Below are positions 8,541 through 15,817 of a DNA stretch of 46,860 nucleotides, one piece after another; within the stretch, counting starts at the first letter, position 1, and the number at the start of each line of letters is the position of its first letter. The stretch comes from Kineosporiaceae bacterium (GTDB lineage Bacteria; Actinomycetota; Actinomycetes; Actinomycetales; Kineosporiaceae): positions 1 to 46,860 of the forward strand of contig JBAPWU010000062.1 of the NCBI GenBank assembly GCA_049283855.1, in the 5' to 3' direction. Position numbers and translations under genes: made by a program. The notes beneath the pieces are model-generated. The model was not told where the DNA came from. It searched no databases and saw only the letters and a program-made list of their open reading frames with translations.

Positions 8541-8897
8541 TCCATGACGCGACCTCGTGCGCGAACGCGTGAGCGCCTTCCTTGAAGGTGGTCGCGACCC
8601 AGCCGCTGCGCAGCTTGACGCGGAACTCCTCGAGCGTCACAAGGCCCCAGCAGTCAACGAGCCCATCGGCGTACACGATCAGGTCAGTCAGGTAGTAGGA
8701 GCCGCCGTTGTTGATGAACGCATGTCTCCATGACCATCCGAACCGACGATGAAGTGGGTCTCGCCCGGTCGGACGTCGAGGACGTCGTAGTCGATCGAGG
8801 TCTTGTCTTCGACCCGTTCGGCAGTCGGACGAGCGCCCGCCCGTCGCGGGTCCTCGACGAACGTCACCGGGATCAGCGCGAGCTGGCCGGGCTCCAT
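8526..8897 (-). pseudogene. displaced 5' part of the NADAR-domain gene (two frame breaks)
   Basis: ATG at 8897 with GGAGGA upstream gives MEPGQLALIPVTFVEDP...FIVGSDGHGDM. A 1-nt frame change near 8718-8720 continues as AFINNGGSYYLTDLIVYADGLVDCWGLVTLEEFRVKLRSGWV...SWTFMNV, which the 10-bp duplication separates from the NADAR ORF. Confidence 0.4.
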
Positions 8898-9022
8898 GTA
8901 CTCCTCCGCAGATCGGTTACGTCGCGCAGTCTCTGAGCCAACCGCTCGCCGAGCAGAGGGCCACGGGGACAAGCCGTCCGATCACGTCGCGGTGCAGGAC
9001 GGCGTCCGGCGGCGCAGGTCGT

Positions 9023-10345
9023 TCAACCAGTGGCTGAGACGAGGTCGTTGGGGTGCCAGAGCCGGTCGATCGGCATGACGTGGATGCGGTCGTCGTGGGT
9101 ATAGGTGCGTTGTCCGGTGGTCAGGACGACGCCGGCGCTGAACCGCGGACCGAGGGCTTGGCGCAGCTGCCGCAGGCCCGCCGTGTCGGCACTGGTGGCG
9201 CGCTGGTTGGCCTTGACCTCGAAGGCGACGACCTGCCCGTCGTCGAACTCGGCGACGACGTCGACCTCGGTCCCGTCACTGGTCCGCCAGTGCCCGAGAG
9301 TGACCTGCTCGTCGAGCCAGGACGCCTGCTTGCGCAGCTCGCCAACGACGAAGGTCTCCAGCAGGTTGCCGAAGTCGCTGAGCGCTGCCGGTTCGGCGGT
9401 CGCGAGCTTGGCTGGGGTGATCCGTAGCAGCCGGGCGGCCAGACCAGAGTCGACCAGATGCACCTTGGGACGCACGCTGACCCGCGAGCGCAGCGTCTTA
9501 CCCCACCCGAGAAGGCGGACCACCAGGAACAGGTCTTCCAGGAGCCGCAGGTGCGCCTCGGCGGTCCGGCGGTCTACCCCGATCGACTCAGCAGCCTTGG
9601 TGATGTTGAGCAGTTGCCCGGTCTGTGATGCCAGCCGCGTCAGCAGGTCCGCCAAGGACTGCCGCTGGCGGACCTGGCTCAGCTCGAGGGCGTCACGCTC
9701 GACGGACTGGCGGACGAAGTCGTCGAACCATCGCGCCCGCGCGACGTCCGACCGCTTCACCGCCAGCGGCAGCCCACCGGCGCAGACCCGGGCGGCATAG
9801 CCCTCCCGCGCGGTGCCCGAGACCGGGTGCTGCGCGACGACGGCGCCCGGGTCAGCCCGCAGGCCCTCAAGAAGGTTCTCCCGGGTACCCGCGAGCTCCC
9901 CCTGCGACAGCGGCCAGATCGTGACCGTGTGGAGCCGCCCGGTCAGCGCCTGCGCGGTCGTCGGCAGCGCGTCCTGGCGTGTCGACCCGGTGATCACAGC
10001 GGTCCCGGCGCGACTGCCTTCGCGGTTTAGCCGGGTCTTGATCGCATCCAGAACGTCCGGCACCCGCTGGTACTCGTCGACGCACAGCGGCGCCGGGCCA
10101 CCGGTGACCAGAGCCAGGTTGCCGGCGACCGCCTCACGGGTCTCGACGTCGTCCAGATCGATCACCGGGACACCACGGTCACGGGCCAGGATCTGCAGCA
10201 CCGTGGACTTCCCCACCGACCGCGGCCCGTGCAGCGCAATCACCGGCTCCTCCGTCACCAACTGCGACAGCAGCACACTGACACGTCTCGCGATCAGTCC
10301 GGACTCATCAGCCACGAAGTCAAGGTACCAAATCTGAGCCGCCAA
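9023..10345 (-). CDS. AAA+ ATPase with C-terminal DUF4143/PD-(D/E)xK-like module (COG1373 type), paralog 1
   Basis: Walker A GPRSVGKST, Walker B LCVDEYQ, C-terminal EVDVV...FEVKAN. Confidence 0.85.
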   Translation of the reverse strand: MAAQIWYLDFVADESGLIARRVSVLLSQLVTEEPVIALHGPRSVGKSTVLQILARDRGVPVIDLDDVETREAVAGNLALVTGGPAPLCVDEYQRVPDVLDAIKTRLNREGSRAGTAVITGSTRQDALPTTAQALTGRLHTVTIWPLSQGELAGTRENLLEGLRADPGAVVAQHPVSGTAREGYAARVCAGGLPLAVKRSDVARARWFDDFVRQSVERDALELSQVRQRQSLADLLTRLASQTGQLLNITKAAESIGVDRRTAEAHLRLLEDLFLVVRLLGWGKTLRSRVSVRPKVHLVDSGLAARLLRITPAKLATAEPAALSDFGNLLETFVVGELRKQASWLDEQVTLGHWRTSDGTEVDVVAEFDDGQVVAFEVKANQRATSADTAGLRQLRQALGPRFSAGVVLTTGQRTYTHDDRIHVMPIDRLWHPNDLVSATG

Positions 10346-10626
10346 ACTGTACGTTCTTGAGGGCCCGAAGCGCTCAGATGTGAGCGCGAGACCCGCCAGT
10401 TGGCCGACTGCTGGCCAGCCGCCCGACTAGAGACCCGCTGTTGACGCACAGCGGCGTTGCTGAGCCAGCGGGTGCCCCCGAGCCCGCCTTGCCGGCCGAC
10501 CCGTCCGGCGGCCACCGACTCGCATCGACTCGTTGCGGTCAGTCTCGCCCAGGACACGCCCACAAGACCCGTTCAAGCTGGCCGACCAGCGCGTCACCGC
10601 AGGTCAGCGTCGTCCCGTCCCAGAAG

Positions 10627-10678
10627 GAGCGTCTGCTGAAAATCGGAAGGTCGGCGGTTGGACCCCGCCCCTAGCCAC
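10627..10678 (+). repeat. attR-like direct copy of the 3' half of tRNA-Phe
   Basis: GAGCGTCTGCTGAAAATCGGAAGGTCGGCGGTTGGACCCCGCCCCTAGCCAC versus tRNA 4961-5013. Differences: 3 substitutions and a 1-nt gap. Confidence 0.8.
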
Positions 10679-10973
10679 ACTTGATCAAGCCCTGACCTGC
10701 AGCTTTGCTGTTCTTGATCAATGCCTGGGGTATGCGATCGACCTTCTGAGGCTTATCAGGCGATCTGCACTTCTTGCGACATCGTTCGAGCGTCAACAGG
10801 GCGCTGACCTGCGGTTTCACCGACAGTGGCCGACGGCAGTTCCACGCGCATCTGGCCTGCGCTCTCCCGCCAGTGTCGAAATCGTGTCGAAGTCCGCCCC
10901 TCCGCGAGATACCCCCGGTGGGTACTCGGCAGAGGTCGGCGCGGTCTTCCGGAGATCATCGGTGGCTTGCATC

Positions 10974-11906
10974 TCACGTGGCGCGTGGACGTCGCGCGTG
11001 GCGCGTGCGCCGGTAGGCCTCGACGGACTTGCGGGAGCTGCGCCAGACGCCGTCCGGGCCCTGGACGGCGTCCAGGCGGCCTCGTTGGGCGGCTTGGCGC
11101 AGCGCCGCGACGCTGAAGTCGTCATCGGCCAACGCCGCGAGGGGGACCAGCCGGGCCGGGCCGGCCACATCGGGGACGATGAACCGATTCAGGTTGTCCA
11201 GCATGGCCCGCGCGATCAACTCCCCCAGCGGACCGTGGTCACCGGCATCGGACTTCGTCATTGCCGCCAGATACGCGGACCGCTGCTGCTTGAAGATGAT
11301 CACCGGTGGGTAGCCCAGCCGGACCAGGACGAGGTTGAGCACCAGTCGGCCGGTGCGGCCGTTGCCGTCCAGGAACGGGTGCACACACTCAAACCCGTTG
11401 TGCAGCCGCGCAAGCTCCTCCGGCAGCGGCGCACCCAGAGCCGCGTCGTCGCGGACCGTGCGGCCCAGCACCCGCACCTGGTCCCCCCATGACGTGATCT
11501 GTGCCGGCACGTCCGGCCAGGGCGGTGGCGTCATCCCGGCCTGGAACGGGCGGATGTCATGGCGGCGGAAGCTGCCCGGCCCCTCCTGATCGGTCGCCTC
11601 CGGGTGCGGCGCGACTCCCCAGACCGGGCTGATCGCCAGATGGTGGATCCGGCGCACCTCATTTACGGTGATCAACTCGCCGTCGTTCCAGGCATCCGGC
11701 TCCAGGGCCTGCCCGTAGACCCACCTGGCAGCGTCCGCGTAGCCCTTGACCACCATGTACTCACTCAACGGCTTGGCGCCCACCGCCCGGCCCCGCTCCA
11801 GCAGCGCCTCGACCTCGCGCAACACCAGGGTGTTGCCCTCCAACGCCGTGGAGTGGTGGGCCTCCCGGTGCCAGATGACCCGGGCATGCCCATTCGTACA
11901 CTTCAA
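10974..11906 (-). CDS. Fic family protein (canonical AMPylation motif, N-terminal inhibitory-helix motif)
   Basis: HPFLDGNGRTGR matches HxFx(D/E)GNGRxxR. HSTALEGN near the N-terminus matches the (S/T)xxxE(G/N) autoinhibition motif. C-terminal wHTH-like tail. Confidence 0.85.
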   Translation of the reverse strand: MKCTNGHARVIWHREAHHSTALEGNTLVLREVEALLERGRAVGAKPLSEYMVVKGYADAARWVYGQALEPDAWNDGELITVNEVRRIHHLAISPVWGVAPHPEATDQEGPGSFRRHDIRPFQAGMTPPPWPDVPAQITSWGDQVRVLGRTVRDDAALGAPLPEELARLHNGFECVHPFLDGNGRTGRLVLNLVLVRLGYPPVIIFKQQRSAYLAAMTKSDAGDHGPLGELIARAMLDNLNRFIVPDVAGPARLVPLAALADDDFSVAALRQAAQRGRLDAVQGPDGVWRSSRKSVEAYRRTRHARRPRAT

Positions 11907-11954
11907 AGGTGCCGAAATGTCAAATAGGGGCCCGACCGATGGTTAGATAGACAG

Positions 11955-13226
11955 GTGGAGTACCGACGCCGCGTCGTGGACGACGAACTGGACGCACTGT
12001 TGCCCAGCCTCGCCGCGATCTCACTCGAGGGCGCCAAAGGCGTGGGCAAGACAGCGACTGCGACGGGTCGCGTGCGAACGGTTCTGGCCCTCAACGATCC
12101 GCGACAACGCCAGGTCGTCGCCGCCGACCCCGGGCTCATCGGACGCGCCGAGCCGCCCGTCCTGCTCGATGAGTGGCAACTCGAACCGACTGTCTGGGAC
12201 CAGGTGCGCACGCTGGTGGACGCCGACCCCAGCGGCGGCCGCTTCCTGCTCACCGGCTCGGCCGGCCCGACCCGAGAGGCACGGATCCACTCCGGCGCCG
12301 GCAGGATCGTCCGCTTGGTGATGCGGCCCCTTGCCCTGTCCGAGCGCGGCCTCGTCCCACCGACGGTGTCCTTGGCCGGGCTGCTGACCGGGGCCCGGCC
12401 AACGGTCACCGGAGATTCTCCGATCGACCTGGCCACCTACACCGATGAGATCCTGCGGTCGGGCTTTCCCGGGATCCGCCCGCTGCCACCACGGCCACGC
12501 CGCATCCAGCTCGACAGTTACCTCGCCCGCGCCCTCGATCACGATATGGAGGAGAACGGGATCCGTGTGCGCAAGCCGGCCGCGTTGCGGGCATGGCTCA
12601 CCGCCTACGCCGCGGCGACCGCAACCACTGCCGCCTACAACGTCATCCTGGACGCGGCAACGCCCGGCGACGGCGACAAACCGACTCGCCAAACCGTCGC
12701 CGTCTACCGGGAGAGCCTCGAACGGCTCTTCCTGCTCGACCCCCTGCCCGCATGGGTGCCCAGCCTGTCCCCGCTGAAGCGCCTGACCGCCTCCCCCAAA
12801 CACCACCTGGTCGACCCTGCACTGGCCGCCCGCCTGATCGGCGTCGATGCGTCCGCGCTGCTCCGCGGGGCCGGTGACCGGCTGGCACCCAACGACGGAC
12901 CTCTCCTCGGCGCACTGTTCGAATCCCTTGCCGTCCAGACCGTCCGAGTGCTCGCCCAAGCCGCCGAAGCCCGAGTCCACCACCTGCGCACCAAGAGCGG
13001 CGATCACGAGATCGACATCGTCATCGAGGGGCCAGACCGGCGTATCGTGGCCGCCGAAGTCAAACTCAACCCCGTCGTCACCGATGACGACACCACCCAG
13101 TTGCGCTGGCTGCACAACACCATCGGCGAACGAGCAGCCGACCTCATCGTCCTCACCACAGGCCCGCACGCCTACCGGCGCCCGGACGGCATCGCCGTCA
13201 TCCCACTGACACTCCTCGGCCCCTGA
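11955..13226 (+). CDS. AAA+ ATPase with DUF4143/PD-(D/E)xK-like module, paralog 2
   Basis: GTG start. Walker A GAKGVGKTA, Walker B VLLDEWQ, C-terminal EIDIV...AEVKLN. Divergent from the Fic gene with only 48 bp between the starts. Confidence 0.8.
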   Translation: MEYRRRVVDDELDALLPSLAAISLEGAKGVGKTATATGRVRTVLALNDPRQRQVVAADPGLIGRAEPPVLLDEWQLEPTVWDQVRTLVDADPSGGRFLLTGSAGPTREARIHSGAGRIVRLVMRPLALSERGLVPPTVSLAGLLTGARPTVTGDSPIDLATYTDEILRSGFPGIRPLPPRPRRIQLDSYLARALDHDMEENGIRVRKPAALRAWLTAYAAATATTAAYNVILDAATPGDGDKPTRQTVAVYRESLERLFLLDPLPAWVPSLSPLKRLTASPKHHLVDPALAARLIGVDASALLRGAGDRLAPNDGPLLGALFESLAVQTVRVLAQAAEARVHHLRTKSGDHEIDIVIEGPDRRIVAAEVKLNPVVTDDDTTQLRWLHNTIGERAADLIVLTTGPHAYRRPDGIAVIPLTLLGP

Positions 13227-13527
13227 ACAGACGGGGCTGCCCGGGGGACCTGGACGCCGACACCCTCACCCGCTACCGCCGCGTCCTCGGCGACGACGCC
13301 CCCACACTCGGCAGTCGGGCAGCAACCTCCCGGCGCCTGCGCAGCCTCGGCCGCGACGACGACGCACGGCGCGATCGAGGTCGATCGATATCACCATCGA
13401 CCTCTACGGCCCATGGGTCTGATTGCGACCGTTCGTCGCGACCACAGCCCTACACCGCCACATGGGTCCGGGCAGAGCCGGCGTCCAGCCGTCACCAGAC
13501 GTACCCGACCGGCTGTGGCTGTCCGCG

Positions 13528-13563
13528 CCACATCCACGCCACATCCACGCCACATCCACGCCA
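13528..13563. repeat. 11-bp tandem repeat CCACATCCACG x3.3
   Basis: Read directly. Non-coding, 70 bp upstream of the eroded tRNA-Phe fragment. Confidence 0.9.
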
Positions 13564-13630
13564 GAATCGAAGATCTACTTCTTTGCTCACCGCATCGCCG
13601 CAGGTCACAGCCTCGCAGACGCCAATCGCA

Positions 13631-13656
13631 CGTCCTGCCTGAGAATCGGAAGGTCG
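13631..13656 (+). repeat. eroded copy of the tRNA-Phe anticodon-arm/variable region (old att remnant)
   Basis: CGTCCTGCCTGAGAATCGGAAGGTCG versus tRNA CGTCCGACTGAAAATCGGAAGGTCG. Exact 13-mer AATCGGAAGGTCG plus matching flanks, in the same orientation. Confidence 0.5.
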
Positions 13657-13761
13657 AGGCGCTCCTGCGTTGGCCCTGATCGTGCACGCCACCCCGGCAG
13701 GCACGTCTGCGCAGGAGACGCTCGACTTCCTTACCCGCCGGGCCGTCGGCCGCTGTCAGCG

Positions 13762-15009
13762 TCATCCGGCCCATAGCGCGTCCATCGGGACAGCGGTGAT
13801 CCGATCACCGAATGGAGCGGCCGTCGCCCCGGTGTGCAGGACCACTCCAGCGACGAAACGAACGCCGAGGCTGTCTCGCAATTGGGTCAGCCATCGGACA
13901 TCACGGCCGGAGACGCTCGAGGTTGCCTTCACCTCGATCCCGGCAACCCTGCCGTCTCCGGTCTCCAGCACGAGGTCAACCTCGGCGCCGCCGTGGTCTC
14001 GATAGTGATACAGACGCGCATCCTCGTCAGCCCAGGACAGCTGCCGCCGAAGTTCTCCGGCGACGAACCCCTCAAGGATCTGTCCAGCTATCAACGGGTT
14101 AGCCGCACCTGCAGCACCGGCAGGAGTCACGTTCACCAGCCGCGCGGCAAGCCCGGCGTCCAGGAGAGCAACCTTCGGACGGGACACCACACGCTTGGAC
14201 AGGTTCGTTGACCATGCCGGGATCCGGTGGACAAGGAACAGCGTCTCAAGCAGATCCACGTAGGGCGCCAGCGTGCGGACCGGGATCCCCGCATCACTTG
14301 CCAGCGAGGCCAGGTTCAGCTCGGCAGCGTTCCGGGCCGCGAGCAGCCGGAGCAGGCCGGGCAGCTCCGACAGGCGTTGCAGGCCGGACACATCCGGCGC
14401 ATCGCGCTCCACGACGCGCCGAAGGCAATTGTCCAGCCAGGCCGATCGGCGCCGTCCGGTGCGAGACAACGCCTCCGGGTAACCACCCGCACATGCCACG
14501 TCGATATAGTCCGGCCGGGTCATATCGCTGCGGTGGGCGGTGAAGTCCTCGCCCGCCAGGAGCCGGTCCACGAACCGCTCCCGCCTGCCCGACAGCTCTC
14601 CCTGGCTGAACCCGAACAGGTCCAGGCTCTCGGCTCGGCCCGCCAGGCTGTCCTGCATTGCGGGTAGCCGCAGCAGGTTCGCCGACCCGGTGAGCAGGAA
14701 GCGTCCTGGACGCTGGTCCCGGTCCACGACAAGCTTCAACGCGAGCACCAGCTCCGGAACCCGCTGCACCTCGTCGATCGCCAGCAGATCGTCCCCGGCC
14801 TGACCCAGAAACGCCACGGGGTCCAACTGGGCACCGGCACGAGTGGTCTCGTCGTCGAAGGTCACCAGCCGCCCGCCGACCTGATCCACCACATGCGACA
14901 CCAACGTCGTCTTGCCAACCTGACGGGCGCCCTGGACGACCACCACGCGCGTATCTGCCAGCGAGTCCAACACCGATGACGCCACATGCCGCGCAACAAC
15001 CTTCTTCAC
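13762..15009 (-). CDS. AAA+ ATPase with DUF4143/PD-(D/E)xK-like module, paralog 3
   Basis: Walker A GARQVGKTT, Walker B LAIDEVQ, C-terminal EVDLV...IEVKAT. Confidence 0.85.
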   Translation of the reverse strand: MKKVVARHVASSVLDSLADTRVVVVQGARQVGKTTLVSHVVDQVGGRLVTFDDETTRAGAQLDPVAFLGQAGDDLLAIDEVQRVPELVLALKLVVDRDQRPGRFLLTGSANLLRLPAMQDSLAGRAESLDLFGFSQGELSGRRERFVDRLLAGEDFTAHRSDMTRPDYIDVACAGGYPEALSRTGRRRSAWLDNCLRRVVERDAPDVSGLQRLSELPGLLRLLAARNAAELNLASLASDAGIPVRTLAPYVDLLETLFLVHRIPAWSTNLSKRVVSRPKVALLDAGLAARLVNVTPAGAAGAANPLIAGQILEGFVAGELRRQLSWADEDARLYHYRDHGGAEVDLVLETGDGRVAGIEVKATSSVSGRDVRWLTQLRDSLGVRFVAGVVLHTGATAAPFGDRITAVPMDALWAG

Positions 15010-15043
15010 GCCGCAAGACTACGGCCCACCCAGGGATGTTCTC

Positions 15044-15096
15044 GCCGTTTTTCCAACATCTACTCGCCGATTTTCCACCATCTACTCGCCGATCCA
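15044..15096. repeat. 22-bp tandem repeat (GCCGWTTTTCCAMCATCTACTC) x2.4 at the junction with the truncated abiEi copy
   Basis: Copies at 15044-15065 and 15066-15087, with a partial third copy. Confidence 0.85.
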
Positions 15097-15107
15097 GAGC
15101 CCTGGAA

Positions 15108-15630
15108 GGGGCGGCTGGGCCGCGGCGTTCTCCCGCGAGGCGGCTCCGCGGAGGTGGTGGACACCGACCTCGTCGAGATCGCCGTCCGTGCGCCGGCGGC
15201 GACGATCTGCCTGACCAGTGCCCTGGCCCGGCACGGGCTCACCGACGAGATCCCCGCTGCGGTGGACATCGCACTGCCCCGCGAGCATTGGCGTCCCACC
15301 GTCGCGGCCCGCGTGGCCTGGCACCGGTTCGCCGAAGACACCTTCACGATCGGGCGGCAGGAGCTGACCGTGGCCGGTTCGGGGACGACCGGCACCGTGG
15401 CCACCGGCACAGCGACGACGGGCGCCGTGACGATCGGCCTGTACAGCGCCGAACGCAGCATCATCGACGCCTTCCGCACCCGCGGCACCACCGGCTACGA
15501 CCTCGCCATCGAAGCCCTACGCCGGTGGCTGCGCGACCCCTCCCACCAGCCCGCGAGGCTGCTCTCGCTCTGCGAGCACTGGCCAAGGACACGAACCACC
15601 CTGCGCAACGCCCTGGAGATCCTGATCTGA
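15108..15630 (+). pseudogene. 5'-truncated second copy of abiEi
   Basis: The translation from VVDTDLVEIAVRAPAATICLTSALARHGLTDEIPAAVDIALPREHW... is highly similar to 5935-6564, but the N-terminal wHTH part is missing. Nucleotide similarity runs from about 15159. Confidence 0.7.
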
Positions 15631-15687
15631 TGGGCCAACCCGAACCGGGACACCACCGCCGGAGCCGCGTTCATCGACCTGCGTGCC
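15630..15687 (+). pseudogene. about 60-bp 5' stump of a second abiEii copy
   Basis: Same TGATG stop/start overlap. ATGGGCCAACCCGAACCGGGACACCACCGCCGG... matches 6564-6620 with an extra G that breaks the frame. Similarity stops near 15687. Confidence 0.6.
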
Positions 15688-15817
15688 CAGTCCCAGGGCT
15701 GGAACGCCGCCCTCGGCGAACTCGCCCTGATCTACCCCGACCGGATCACCAGCTACCTGCAACAGCAAGATCAAATAGAGTCAGAGCGACTCTTGAACAA
15801 GGAGGTTGACAGACTCC

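Larger units (their letters stand above)
5013..10678. mobile_element. degenerate integrative element inserted at the 3' end of tRNA-Phe (innermost, youngest sub-island)
   Basis: Bounded by the intact tRNA-Phe and a 52-nt imperfect direct copy of its 3' half at 10627-10678. An integrase gene abuts the tRNA. Cargo is TA/defence-type genes. Confidence 0.65.
10679..13656. mobile_element. second, older island segment (Fic + ATPase paralog 2) ending at an eroded tRNA-Phe fragment
   Basis: Lies between the 10627-10678 repeat and the weaker 13631-13656 repeat. No integrase remains. Confidence 0.4.

Noticed and set aside
10681-10721. 9-bp inverted repeat TTGATCAAG ... CTTGATCAA just outside the attR-like repeat, and hairpin CGCTCA-GATG-TGAGCG at 10370-10386
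   Set aside because: The stems are short with no U-tract or clear positional logic. They could be chance or minor operators and there is not enough evidence to call a terminator or binding site.
10977-11007. Direct repeat CGTGGCGCGTG x2 at the Fic gene 3' end
   Set aside because: It lies inside the coding tail (Arg/His/Ala-rich C-terminus) and is explained by repetitive codons rather than a separate element.
12021-13169. 382-aa minus-strand ORF opposite ATPase paralog 2, with similar shadows 9105-9800, 9813-10337 and 14294-15016
   Set aside because: These are antisense shadow ORFs. The opposite frames carry Walker A/B and nuclease-like motifs; these frames carry none.
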